A stretch of 64,000 nt of DNA from Candidatus Thalassarchaeum betae (lineage in GTDB: Archaea > Thermoplasmatota > Poseidoniia > Poseidoniales > Thalassarchaeaceae). Both the position numbers and the translations under genes were made by a program. Of this stretch, positions 1-9,992 are shown in pieces. Below the pieces are notes generated by a model that was given only the letters and a program-made list of their open reading frames with translations, was not told where the DNA came from and did not search any database. Location of the stretch: positions 64,001 through 128,000 of the forward strand of contig PSPG01000008.1 in NCBI GenBank assembly GCA_003193925.1, given 5' to 3'. Positions within the stretch are counted from its first letter, which is position 1. Each line of letters starts with the position of its first letter.

Positions 1-506
1 TGAAGCTCATCGGGAGGGTCGACATCACCGAGGCGCACTTCACCCGCGAGAAGGATGACCTAGTGGCCTCGTTGTGCCGAAAGGGGCTGCTCGCTGGGGG
101 TGCTGGAATCGACGAAGTCCTGCAGATAACAGTCGAGCACATGCTCTCTCGGAGGATGCAGTCCGTCGTCTTCTACAAGGGACTGGTCCCTTCGATGAGG
201 GCTGCTAGGAACCTGATAGTGCACGGTCACATCTCCATCGGCAAGCAGAGGATGACTGTTCCCGGTTATCACATCTTGAGGCACGAGGAGGACCTGCTCC
301 AGTACTCGTCCAACTCTCCATTCGCTGACCCAGAGCACCCATTCCGCAAGGACATGGAAGAATTGAGGCTCACCATGGTCGCCGACGTAGATGAAGAAGA
401 AGTCGAGCCTCTCCGCGAAGCGACTGAGGAGTTCGTCGAGGAGATCAAGTCCAAGGAGGCCGAGTTACCTAGCGTCGAGGACACCATTCCGAAGGAGGAT
501 GACTGA
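1..506 (+). CDS. rps4: 30S ribosomal protein uS4 (5'-truncated by window edge), acidic C-terminal tail
   Basis: S4 motif 'RRMQSVVFYKGLVPSMRAARNLIVHGHISIG'; frame stays open to the window start; precedes uS11 and Rpo3 as in the archaeal alpha operon. Confidence 0.95.
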   Translation, partial: KLIGRVDITEAHFTREKDDLVASLCRKGLLAGGAGIDEVLQITVEHMLSRRMQSVVFYKGLVPSMRAARNLIVHGHISIGKQRMTVPGYHILRHEEDLLQYSSNSPFADPEHPFRKDMEELRLTMVADVDEEEVEPLREATEEFVEEIKSKEAELPSVEDTIPKEDD

Positions 507-886
507 TGTCACGCAAGGCGATTCTGCACATATTCACCACTCACAACAACGTGCTGATCACCGCGACTGACCTGACCGGCGCCGAGACCATCTGCAAGGT
601 CTCCGGCGGCATGGTGACCAAGGGCGGAAGCGATTCAGGCAGCGGGTTCGCATCCACTAGGGCGGCCGAGAGGATCGCCGAGATGCTCGCCGAGAAGGGT
701 TTCGACCAAGTCATCGTGAAGTACCGCGGCGCTGGGGGCAACCGCTCCCACAGCGCGCCCGGGGCGACCGCCGCAATCCGGGCTCTCACCCGAGCCGGAG
801 TGACAATAACCCGAATCGAGGACGTGACCCCAATTGCGACCGACGGGACGAAGGGCAAGGGAGGGCGCAGAGGGCGCCGAGTGTGA
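506..886 (+). CDS. rps11: 30S ribosomal protein uS11
   Basis: 'NNVLITATDLTGAETI', 'IEDVTPIATDG...GGRRGRRV'. Confidence 0.96.
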   Translation: MSRKAILHIFTTHNNVLITATDLTGAETICKVSGGMVTKGGSDSGSGFASTRAAERIAEMLAEKGFDQVIVKYRGAGGNRSHSAPGATAAIRALTRAGVTITRIEDVTPIATDGTKGKGGRRGRRV

Positions 887-895
887 GGTGAAATC

Positions 896-1783
896 ATGGT
901 GAAGACGAAGATCATCGAAGAGAGCGACGAGAAAATCAGGATTCTGCTTACGGACACGGACCGAGCGTTCGTCAATTCGATTCGCCGCTCGCTGATCTCA
1001 GACACCCCGAAGATGGCGATAGACACCGTTCGATTCGAGATGGCTACCATCGAAATGGACGACGAAGTATGGGAGACGAACGGGCCTCTGCCCGACGAAA
1101 TGATCGCACAGAGGCTGGCCATGCTGCCCATACCGACCCGACATGACGAGTTCTACTTCCAGGACAGTTGCCCGAACTGCTCCGAACTAGTGGTCGAGGA
1201 CCGCGGCTGCCCGCTCTGCACGATGCTGTTCACATGCAAGACCTTCGGAACAGAAGAGGGCAGGATGGTCACCGCTGGAGACATGAACTTCCTCGGTGAA
1301 GACGACCTGAGCATTCCCGAGAAGTACCGCAGCATACCGATCACCAAGCTGTTCCGTGGCCAGATGATCGAGTTCTACGCGACTGCGGTCATGGGCCGCG
1401 GTCGAGACCATGCAAAGTGGTCTCCCGTCTGCGGAATCACATTCACCCCGAGATACGTCGGCGTCATCAACATCAAGACGAGGTCAAAGATGCTGTGGAA
1501 CCTCAACTTGAGCATCACCGCCAAGGACTTCGACAGCAACGGTCGTCTGGAGGACCTCGACAAGGTCGCTCAGCTGATTGAGGACCTACACCACGTCGGC
1601 GCTGGTACCGAGGAGTCGAGGGAGTTCAAGGACGCGGTCGTGGTGGAGGAGGTCCCGGGCGAGTTCATCCTGTCATTCGAGACGGATGGCTCGATAACCG
1701 CCAGAGTCGCCTTCGAGAAGGCCATCGAGGAGCTCTCAGGCCGCTTCGGAAAGATCGAGGAAGACCTCGCGGCGGTTCTCTGA
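896..1783 (+). CDS. rpoD: DNA-directed RNA polymerase subunit D (Rpo3)
   Basis: 'FVNSIRRSLISDTPKMAID', 'DEMIAQRLAMLPI', 'GRGRDHAKWSP', 'FILSFETDGS'; GAGGTGA RBS; operon context. Confidence 0.96.
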   Translation: MVKTKIIEESDEKIRILLTDTDRAFVNSIRRSLISDTPKMAIDTVRFEMATIEMDDEVWETNGPLPDEMIAQRLAMLPIPTRHDEFYFQDSCPNCSELVVEDRGCPLCTMLFTCKTFGTEEGRMVTAGDMNFLGEDDLSIPEKYRSIPITKLFRGQMIEFYATAVMGRGRDHAKWSPVCGITFTPRYVGVINIKTRSKMLWNLNLSITAKDFDSNGRLEDLDKVAQLIEDLHHVGAGTEESREFKDAVVVEEVPGEFILSFETDGSITARVAFEKAIEELSGRFGKIEEDLAAVL

Positions 1784-1824
1784 GCCGGACGAGGATTCTT
1801 GGCTGGAACGCTGGATGAGGCACC

Positions 1825-2802
1825 ATGCCCACGTTTCTTGGTCGGGGAGAGTGCGGCGGCCACGTCACCCTTCTGTTCACGGTGAGCGACCAGTCTGACG
1901 ACCCCGTGGAGCAGGGCAGCCTGGGTGCAGGGCTCTGCGTCGAAGACGGGGTCGAGGCGATTGCACGAGGCGAGGAAGGGGGTCCCGGACTCTCCGTCAG
2001 GTTCGTTGACGCTGAAGCCGACCCTACGCTATACGAGGATGTCCTCGGGCTGCTGGTCGAGGAAGTACCCGAGGTCGGCGATGTCTCCTGGGAGATCAAC
2101 GTGAGACTGGCTCTGCCAACCTCTCAGGGGTTCGGAATGTCTGGCTCAGGCGCCATAGCCGCGGCCATGGCTTTCCAGAGAGCCATGGGACTGCCGCACG
2201 AAGAGAGTCTCAGGCGCTGTTACTCGGTCGCGCACAGGGTCGAGCGAGCGCGCTCGACCGGGCTCGGTGATGTCACGGCCCTCGCGGCCGGTGGGGTCGA
2301 ACGCAGGCTCGTTGCTGGCGCGCCGTACCACGGCGCCCTTCTGGAGAATGGCCCTGGGCGCGCCGAGGGCTGGACCTGCAATACTCCAGTCGTCCTCGCT
2401 TGGCGCCCGGACGCTGGCAAACACACATCTGGCTACATCGATAATGCTCAGTGGAAGAAATCCATCAGCGAGGCTGGTGCCAAGCAGATGGAGAGACTCT
2501 CCCTGGGGGAATGGGACCAGAGCCGCTGGTTGGGGCTGATGGATGCGGCGCATGCCTTCGCTGAGGACAGCGGGCTGCTGAAAGACGCCTCGCGCACCGA
2601 GTTGCTTTCCACCGCCAGCGAGGTCATCGAAGTCAGCGGGATGAGGGATGAAGCGAGCGCTCTGCTATGCATGCTGGGAGAGAGCGTGGCGGTAGTTCCG
2701 ACCGATCCCGAAGATGAGGATTCAGGGCTCAGTGCGTTGGTTCCAGAGTTGGAGCAAGCCGGTCTGGAGTCGATCATGACCAGAGTCGGCGAACTCTCAT
2801 GA
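1825..2802 (+). CDS. Pantoate kinase (archaeal GHMP kinase)
   Basis: 'GHVTLLF...GSLGAG', GHMP loop 'LPTSQGFGMSGSGA', 'TGLGDV', 'MLGESV'; partner phosphopantothenate synthetase at 52305. Confidence 0.88.
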   Translation: MPTFLGRGECGGHVTLLFTVSDQSDDPVEQGSLGAGLCVEDGVEAIARGEEGGPGLSVRFVDAEADPTLYEDVLGLLVEEVPEVGDVSWEINVRLALPTSQGFGMSGSGAIAAAMAFQRAMGLPHEESLRRCYSVAHRVERARSTGLGDVTALAAGGVERRLVAGAPYHGALLENGPGRAEGWTCNTPVVLAWRPDAGKHTSGYIDNAQWKKSISEAGAKQMERLSLGEWDQSRWLGLMDAAHAFAEDSGLLKDASRTELLSTASEVIEVSGMRDEASALLCMLGESVAVVPTDPEDEDSGLSALVPELEQAGLESIMTRVGELS

Positions 2803-3855
2803 GCCGTATCTGGCATTCTCGTGGAAGTCTTTCAGAGGCTTTAGGTCCAACGGACTCGCGTCGAGCTGAATAGCCCCCTTGAGCTTCAGCCCGCCACAGA
2901 ATCCATGACGGTAGACTATGGCGCCCTGACCGTACTCGGCGACGTACCTGTTGATCTGCTTCTGGGTCTTCTTCTTGGGGAACTTGAGATCGGCACCAAA
3001 GAAGTGCTTGGCATCGATCCACGCACAAGGGATGCCGTTGATTCTCACGTAGTCCAGAAGGAGCAGGTCGGGCGTGATGATGGCTCTGCCCTCGCTCACC
3101 TTCTGCTCTGCCAGAAGATCCTCCTGACGACGGAACCTCACTCCGACGGAGGAGAAGTAATCGCACAGGACGTCCTCGAAGACCTCGGCGGCGTTCTGGG
3201 TCTCTGTCTGGTTCACCGAGCTCACCCTGTCTACTGACTCTGCGAGCTCGAACTGTTCGCGGTCGCGCTTGTTCAGTCTCGAGGGATTCTTGTTGAGCGT
3301 CTCCTTGATCCTATTCTTCGTCCATCCCCTCCCAGTAAGGACGGCTCGGAAGGTGTTGACGGGTGGTGCGTCAAAGCGCTTGGAGAGGGCGATGACGCTC
3401 TCGCCTGCGTTGTAACGCCGGCTGAGCTCGTTCGCTCGGCGCATCAGGCTAGAATGCGAGTAGACGCTCTTCTCCTGATTCAAGGCACTGCGCAGCGACA
3501 GGGCCTGCTCGATGGTTATCGGCAGGTCGTCTAGTTTGGAGGCGATCTCCTGGACCCTCTCCTCGGGAAGGAAGCCGAACTCCCCTGGTATGCATGCGAT
3601 TTTACCGGCCTTGCGTTGTACTTCCTTGGAGACCGGGTTGATCCGCCACCGGAGATCAATCCTCCGAGGGGGCGGGTCGATCTCCTTCGGGATACCCATC
3701 GGTCGGGGCTTAGCGGAGAAGCGAGCGAGCGCACGCTCGACCTCTTCGGATACAGTCGCCGTACTCGGCTCCTCGGGAGGACGGACGCCGCTCCCGGAGC
3801 GCCGGCGGCGTCGGCGGCGCCGTCGCTGCCGATTGCCACTCTTCTCCTCACTCAA
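2797..3855 (-). CDS. TPD-domain (C15orf41/CDIN1-like) PD-(D/E)xK nuclease-like protein
   Basis: 'FE...TPDLLL...WIDAKHFFG...KQINRY...YGQGAIVYRHGF'; start placed at TTG 3855 to avoid overlap with the upstream gene (uncertain). Confidence 0.75.
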   Translation of the reverse strand: MSEEKSGNRQRRRRRRRRRSGSGVRPPEEPSTATVSEEVERALARFSAKPRPMGIPKEIDPPPRRIDLRWRINPVSKEVQRKAGKIACIPGEFGFLPEERVQEIASKLDDLPITIEQALSLRSALNQEKSVYSHSSLMRRANELSRRYNAGESVIALSKRFDAPPVNTFRAVLTGRGWTKNRIKETLNKNPSRLNKRDREQFELAESVDRVSSVNQTETQNAAEVFEDVLCDYFSSVGVRFRRQEDLLAEQKVSEGRAIITPDLLLLDYVRINGIPCAWIDAKHFFGADLKFPKKKTQKQINRYVAEYGQGAIVYRHGFCGGLKLKGAIQLDASPLDLKPLKDFHENARYGS

Positions 3856-3908
3856 CGAGCCACCCCAGCCGAAGGAACCCCATGAACCCACCGAATATGC
3901 AGGTAGAG

Positions 3909-4241
3909 TCAGCGCCCGCTCGCGTAGACGTCGTAGCACAGGTCTCTGATCGGTCCCGGAATCAGCCACATCGCTGCAGCGAGGAGCCACGGGAATCCCA
4001 TTCTGAGCGCGATTCGGGATACTGCGGCGCTCTTTGCATACCACTCCCCATCCTCGGTGATGATGAACACAGAATCCACCCCCATCAGCTTGGCCGGTCT
4101 GGAGTCCATCAGTGAACGGCCTTCCTCAGTCTGCTGGCCAAGCGTTCTGAGCCTCGCGCTGCGATTGCGTCGCTCGACGAAGCGAGCCCAGCGGCTGCAC
4201 TTACCACAGGCGTCGTCGTAGAGCACGGTGGCCTGCGTCAT
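3909..4241 (-). CDS. DCC1-like thiol-disulfide oxidoreductase (DUF393)
   Basis: 'VLYDDACGKC' DxxCxxC motif; 'IPGPIRDLCYDVYA'. Confidence 0.88.
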   Translation of the reverse strand: MTQATVLYDDACGKCSRWARFVERRNRSARLRTLGQQTEEGRSLMDSRPAKLMGVDSVFIITEDGEWYAKSAAVSRIALRMGFPWLLAAAMWLIPGPIRDLCYDVYASGR

Positions 4242-4249
4242 CGGCTCAC

Positions 4250-7105
4250 CTACAGGAAAGCGATGCCGGGCTCCAACGGGAACGCGACACGGGCCTTACC
4301 CGCCACATCCTCACCATCTCCTACCGAGTATGCCTCGACCGAGTCGACGTCCAGCGCGGCGGCGAGGAAGCCGGCGTTAGCAGCGAGGATCCCGGCTTCG
4401 TCGAGGCCGCTGGAGATCAGCGTCCTCTCGCCATCAGACCAAGTGTGAATGCGGCCGCGCTTCTTCTTGCTGCCTGTCGTCATGGCCATCCAAGTCTGGA
4501 AAATCTCGCCTCGCAATGCCTCATTCTTGAATATCTCGAGGGACTGCAGGTGCGCCTGTCCCTGAGCCTTGAAGTCGAAGCCTTCCGAGTCGAGTCGGAT
4601 CGCGTCTTGAGCGAGCTCGGCCTTCCATGCGACTGCAGTCTGGATGACGACCCGACTGATTTCACCCTCTGTGTGGCGCTCGGCTAGGCCGCGCAGGTTG
4701 CGCGCGCTGTCGATTACGTTGCGCAGGTAGGTCTCGCGAGCGAGGACAGCGGTGTCGCCTACGGACTCACCGGCGTCGGGCAACACCAGCGTAGCCAGCA
4801 GACCCTCGCCGCCAGTCATCTGCCAGAACTCCTCGGCTACATGGGGAGTCGCCGGAGAGAGCATGGGTATCCATCCCTTCAGGAAGGCACTGGCAGTGGC
4901 TCGGTCGCAACCTCCTCGATGCCGATACCAGTTCCAATCTGAGAGCATCTCGAAGTGGCTCACCATCACTCCCTCACGAAGGCTGACGTTGCCCATCGCC
5001 TCACGCCACGCGCGTTGATTAGCGCGCAGTCTAGCGTTCAGCCAGTCGTCCATAGGACCCGGCGAGTCGTCCATGGAGAGCGCCGAGTCGACGGCGTCGA
5101 TAATCACGTGCATCTGTCGATGGTTCGCCTCCAGAGCGCTGTCAGACCAGTCCATGCCCGCCTCAGGGTTGGCTCCGAACAGAATGAACAGACGAATCGT
5201 GTCGGCGCCGTAGCGTCCGAGCATATCCCCCGGGCTGATTGTGTTGCCAAGCGACTTGCCCATCTTGGCGGAGCGTGTGCCTAGAGGCTTGCCGCAGGTC
5301 GGGCAGTCACCGCCGAAGTTGTCGACGTGATACTCGGCGTTGCAGTCGGCGCAGAAGGGCGCGGGAGCGTTCAGCATCCCCTGGCAGATCAGTCGGCCGA
5401 AGGGCTCGCCGACCGCGTTCATCCCGGCGTCGCGGGTCGCCTTGGTGAAGAAGCGGGCGTAGAGGAGGTGCATGACAGCGTGCTCGATGCCGCCGATGTA
5501 CAGATCAACGCCGTCGTCCATCCAGTAGTCGACTGTCTCGCGGTCGAAGGGCGCGGCGTCGTTGCTCGCGTCACAGAAGCGCATGAAGTACCACGAGGAG
5601 TCGTAGAACGTGTCCATCGTGTCCGTCTCGCGCTTGGCAGCGCCTTCGCACGAGGGGCATGTGGTGTTGACGAAGGCATCGTGAGATGCCAGAGGGTTGC
5701 CGCTCTGCTCCTCGCTGAAGGTCACGTCGAGCGGTAACTCGACTGGCAAATCGGCCGCTGGCACGGGCACGATGCCGCAGGCCTCGCAGTGAATCATCGG
5801 AATCGGCGTGCCCCAGAAGCGCTGGCGGCTCAACAGCCAGTCCTTGAGCCGGTACTCGATCGTGCCGTAGCCTGAGCCGTGGCCCTCAAGCGCGGCTATC
5901 ACAGCATCCTTGGCCTCGTCGCCGGCCAACCCATCGAAGGCATCACGACCGGAGTTGACCATTGGGCCGTAGCCCTCGAAGGCCCCGCTGAGCGCGGCAT
6001 CTGGGTCGTCGCCGGCTCGCTCAAGCAGCACACGCCTGATCTCGATGTCGTACCTCTCGGCGAAGTCGTAGTCGCGCTGGTCGTGCCCCGGCACGGCCAT
6101 CACAGCGCCGGTGCCATAGGAGGCGACGACGAAGTTGCCGGCGTAGATGGGCACCTCCTCGCCGTTCAGCGGGTTGATCGCGTGGCGGCCGAGGAAGACG
6201 CCCTTCTTCTCCTTCAGCATGTTGATGCGCTCGAACTCGGACATGCGCGCGCACTCGTCGCGAAGTTTGCTCCAGTCAGCCTCCCACTCGGTTCCCGCGC
6301 ACAGCTCCTCGCACAGCGGGTGCTCGGGCGAGAGGGTGACGAAGGTCACTCCGAAGATGGTGTCAGGCCGGGTGGTGAAGGTGCCGATGACGGCCTCAGA
6401 GCCGGCCACCGGGAAGTCGATGTGGGCGCCGTGGGAGCGGCCGATCCAGTTGCGCTGCATCGCCTTGACGTTCTCCGGGAAGGCGATGTTGTCGAGTTCG
6501 TCGAGCAACTCGTCGGAGTACTCGGTCATGCGCAGAAACCACTGCGCCATGTCCCTCTGCACGACCTCGAGGCCGCAGCGCCAGCAGCGGTTGTTCTTGA
6601 CCTGCTCGTTGGCGAGCACGGTGTCGCAGTCCACGCACCAGTTGACCGGTGCCATCCTGCGCTCGACCAGCCCGCGCTCGTTGAGCATCAGGAACATTCG
6701 CTGGTTCCAGTGGTAGTAGTCGACATCCGAGGTCGCGAGGAAGCGCCGCCAGTCGTACGAGTAACCCATCCGCTCCTGGTCGGCGCGGATGCTGGCGATG
6801 TTGCGGTGAGTCACCGTGTGCGGGTGCCCGCCCTCCTTCTTCGCCGCGTTCTCGGCGGGCATCCCGAACGAGTCGTAGCCCATTGGGTAGAGCACGTTGC
6901 TCCCCATTAGCCGGTGGAAGCGCGCCATGGCGTCGCCGATCGAGTAGTTCCGTACATGACCCATGTGCATGCTTCCGGAGGGGTAGGGGAACATCTCGAG
7001 GCAGTAGAACTTCGGTTTGGAGGAGTCGACTTCGACTTCGAAGGCACCAGCATCCGCCCACGCCTTCTGCCAGCGGGCCTCTACCTCTTGCGCGTCGTAT
7101 GCCAT
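4250..7105 (-). CDS. leuS: Leucine--tRNA ligase (bacterial-type core, archaeal-type C-terminal domain)
   Basis: 'EMFPYPSGSMHMGHVRNY', editing domain 'FTTRPDTIFG'/'GTGAVMAVPGHDQRD', 'SRQRFWGTPIP', 'KMGKS'. Confidence 0.97.
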   Translation of the reverse strand: MAYDAQEVEARWQKAWADAGAFEVEVDSSKPKFYCLEMFPYPSGSMHMGHVRNYSIGDAMARFHRLMGSNVLYPMGYDSFGMPAENAAKKEGGHPHTVTHRNIASIRADQERMGYSYDWRRFLATSDVDYYHWNQRMFLMLNERGLVERRMAPVNWCVDCDTVLANEQVKNNRCWRCGLEVVQRDMAQWFLRMTEYSDELLDELDNIAFPENVKAMQRNWIGRSHGAHIDFPVAGSEAVIGTFTTRPDTIFGVTFVTLSPEHPLCEELCAGTEWEADWSKLRDECARMSEFERINMLKEKKGVFLGRHAINPLNGEEVPIYAGNFVVASYGTGAVMAVPGHDQRDYDFAERYDIEIRRVLLERAGDDPDAALSGAFEGYGPMVNSGRDAFDGLAGDEAKDAVIAALEGHGSGYGTIEYRLKDWLLSRQRFWGTPIPMIHCEACGIVPVPAADLPVELPLDVTFSEEQSGNPLASHDAFVNTTCPSCEGAAKRETDTMDTFYDSSWYFMRFCDASNDAAPFDRETVDYWMDDGVDLYIGGIEHAVMHLLYARFFTKATRDAGMNAVGEPFGRLICQGMLNAPAPFCADCNAEYHVDNFGGDCPTCGKPLGTRSAKMGKSLGNTISPGDMLGRYGADTIRLFILFGANPEAGMDWSDSALEANHRQMHVIIDAVDSALSMDDSPGPMDDWLNARLRANQRAWREAMGNVSLREGVMVSHFEMLSDWNWYRHRGGCDRATASAFLKGWIPMLSPATPHVAEEFWQMTGGEGLLATLVLPDAGESVGDTAVLARETYLRNVIDSARNLRGLAERHTEGEISRVVIQTAVAWKAELAQDAIRLDSEGFDFKAQGQAHLQSLEIFKNEALRGEIFQTWMAMTTGSKKKRGRIHTWSDGERTLISSGLDEAGILAANAGFLAAALDVDSVEAYSVGDGEDVAGKARVAFPLEPGIAFL

Positions 7106-7301
7106 TTCCTCACTCCCATCGGGCTTCGAGGGGAGCCATCAGGCTCCCCGCAGAAGCAGTAGAACGGGCGCGAGCCCGCCTAGCAGGGTATGTGAAGCGG
7201 GCTTTCGTGCCACGCCCCGCGACTCGGAGGCCACGCTTTGAAGCCTGCCCTGAGAGGGAGTGGCCGCCACACCTATGCGGCGTGGTCCGGTGGGTTGGGC
7301 G

Positions 7302-8054
7302 ATGCTGGAGGACGGGGAGTTCGATGTGGCTGTCGCAGATGACGGCATCGAGGTCTGGGTCACCCAGATGGGCGGCTACATGAACATGAACACCGCATTC
7401 ATCGACAGGGCTGCCGGAATAGTCGCTATAGTCGACCCGTTCGATGCCAAGCGCTGGGTCGCGGCTCTGGCCGAGGAGGGGCTCTCGCCCACGCACCTGC
7501 TCTACACCCACACACATCGCGACCACACCGCCGGATACTCGATGATGCTCAACCTAGTCCCGGACGTCGAGGTCTGGGGGCACGAGGAGGCGCGGGTGCC
7601 GAGCCTGCTCAGCCATGTCGTATTCAAGAAGGTCGATTTCACCCACACCTGGGACAGCGAGCCGGACACCACCGTGGAGTGGTCTGCCGGATTGATCAGG
7701 CTCGGGGTCACGCATTCGCCCGGCCACGCCCCCGGCCACGTCACCTTCCACGGTCACGGAGTCTACCACGCCGGAGACCTACTGTTCACAGCGCACTCCG
7801 GGCGCGTCGACCTGCCCGGCAGCGACCCGCGTGCGCAGTGGAGGAGCGTGCTGTACGCGCGCGAGCTTCTCAGGGGATTGCCCGGTGACTGGAGGCTGAT
7901 CCCCGGGCACCGCTATGAGTGGATAGACGGCTCAACTCCTGACTGGGTAAGCCTCGAGCAGGCACTGGCGCACAACTTCTCGTTGAACTCGCCGGCGCTT
8001 GAGGCGTTCGAGCGACTGCCATGGCAGAGTTTCGATGATGATGTCAGCGCATGA
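7302..8054 (+). CDS. Metallo-beta-lactamase fold hydrolase (glyoxalase II-like)
   Basis: 'THTHRDH', 'SPGHAPGH', 'AGDLLF', 'GRVDLPGS', 'IPGH'; start uncertain (7260/7275/7302). Confidence 0.9.
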   Translation: MLEDGEFDVAVADDGIEVWVTQMGGYMNMNTAFIDRAAGIVAIVDPFDAKRWVAALAEEGLSPTHLLYTHTHRDHTAGYSMMLNLVPDVEVWGHEEARVPSLLSHVVFKKVDFTHTWDSEPDTTVEWSAGLIRLGVTHSPGHAPGHVTFHGHGVYHAGDLLFTAHSGRVDLPGSDPRAQWRSVLYARELLRGLPGDWRLIPGHRYEWIDGSTPDWVSLEQALAHNFSLNSPALEAFERLPWQSFDDDVSA

Positions 8055-8127
8055 GGTCGTGCCGGGAAACTGAGTCACCGGCTCATTCCCTCACTGCATC
8101 TTATTCGCGGGCGCAGGAGAGGGAGGA

Positions 8128-8143
8128 GGAACCGATATAATAG
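8128..8143 (+). promoter_or_regulatory. Putative TATA box upstream of the OFOR operon
   Basis: GATATAATA in GC-rich context ~70 nt upstream of the GTG start at 8208. Confidence 0.5.
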
Positions 8144-8207
8144 CAGGTCCTGTCGGCCGAACCCCTACAGGGCAGGGGTAGTAGCAGCATGAACAGGCGC
8201 TTGGTGG

Positions 8208-9981
8208 GTGAGTAATGTGGGTTCTTTCGATTACGTAATCAGCATCGGCGGCGCGGCTGGACAGGGCATTGCGACTCCTGGGAACATCCTCGCTCGCCTG
8301 TTTGCTCGCCGGGGCATCCACATGTACGCCTACAACGCCTACCAATCCATCATCCGTGGTGGCCACTCCTTCCTCACCGTCCGTTGCAGTGACCGCGAGA
8401 TCCGCACCCATGGCGATGTCATCGACCTGATAATCTGCCTCAATCAGGACACGATGGACCGACACCTCGAGCACCTCGGCCCTGGCACCTCGGTCATCTT
8501 CAACAGCGACACAATCAAACCTGGAGAGGCGACCGAAGGAGTTCAGCTCTGCCCGATGGCTGTTGGCGAACTTGCTGGAAAGGGCTCCAACAAACTGATC
8601 CAGAACACGGTTTCGATTGCTGTCGCATGCCAGCTCCTAGGAGTCGAGTTCTCAGCCCTTGAAGACGTACTCGACTTCCAGTTCTCGGCCAAGGGCGAGG
8701 AACTGGTGGCGGAGAACGTGCGCGTGGCAAAGGCGGCGTACGAACACTCGGCGGCCAACTTCCAGCCTGCAGCGCAGCAGGCGCCACAGCCAAGTGCGCC
8801 TCTCGCCGTGTGGGCGGGCAATCAGGCCTTCGCCATGGCGTCGGCCAGTGCCGGTGTCAAGTTCTACTGCGCCTATCCGATGAGTCCCTCGACCGGCATC
8901 CTGCACTGGATGGCGGCCAACGCCCGTGAACTCGGCATCATGGTGCGTCAGGTCGAAGACGAGATCAGCGTCATCTGCATGACTGTGGGGGCGGCCCACG
9001 CCGGCTGTCGTTCGATGTGCGCCACCTCAGGTGGTGGATTCGCGTTGATGACTGAAGGGATAGGTGCAGCCGCCATGATGGGTCGTCAACGTGCAGCGTG
9101 CCGGCCCCTCCACCGGGGTGCCCACGAAGACCGAGCAGGGTGACCTGTGGCAGGTGCTCGGCGCCAGTCAGGGCGACTTCCCGAAACTCATCCTCGCACC
9201 AAGCAATCCTCTCGACGCCTTCCAGACGATTCCCGAGGTGTTCAACCTCGCCGACAAGTACCAGTTGCCGGCAATCATCGTCTCCGACCTGCTGATATCC
9301 GACGAGACTTCGACCATCGACCCGAAACTGCTCGACATGCATCCGGTCATCGACCGAGGTGAGCTCATCACCGAGGCTGGAGAGGAGGCTGGAAACTACG
9401 AGCGTTACAAGTTCACCGACAGCGGCATCTCGCCCCGTGCCCTCCCAGGGATCCCCGGCTACGAGCATATCGTGTCCACCGACGAGCACATGCCCGACGG
9501 CGTGCTCATCAGCGATGAGTTCACCCACCCGCACAAGCGCCGGGCGATGGTGGAGAAGAGACAGAGCAAGATGGATGGTCTGCTGGCTGAACTGGCTCCT
9601 CCGGCAATCGTCGGCCCCGCTGATGCTGAGGTAACTCTCGTCGGCTGGGGCTCTACCGCCGGCGTCATCCAAGAGGCCATCGAACAACTGGCGGCGGCCG
9701 GCGTGGTCGCCAATCATCTGCACTTCAAGTGGCTGGTCCCGTTCCACGCTGACGAGGCGAACGAGCTGCTGTCATCCTGCAAGCACACCATCATAGTCGA
9801 GAACAACTACACCGGGCTCTTCCATCGGTACCTGCGCAGCGAGACAGGTTTCACAGTGGATGGGCACATCCGCAAGTATGACGGTGAGCCGTTCAAGCCG
9901 CATCACATCACGGCCGCCGTTCAAGACCAACTGGCGGGTGGAGAGGCGTTGTCGGTGCCGTATGAGGAAATAATAGTCTGA
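8208..9981 (+). pseudogene. korA: 2-oxoacid:ferredoxin oxidoreductase alpha subunit (gamma-alpha fusion), frameshifted at ~9081
   Basis: ORF 8208-9143 ('GGAAGQGI','YQSIIRGG','YPMSPST','ATSGGGFALMTE') continues in another frame as 'VVNVQRAGPSTGVPTKTEQGD' to 9981. Confidence 0.85.
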
Positions 9982-9992
9982 GGGGTGAGTGA

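Noticed and set aside
5879-7061. Long antisense/alternate-frame ORFs (also 35655-36686, 38631-39683 and others)
   Set aside because: Shadow ORFs of high-GC genes with strong codon bias; no motifs
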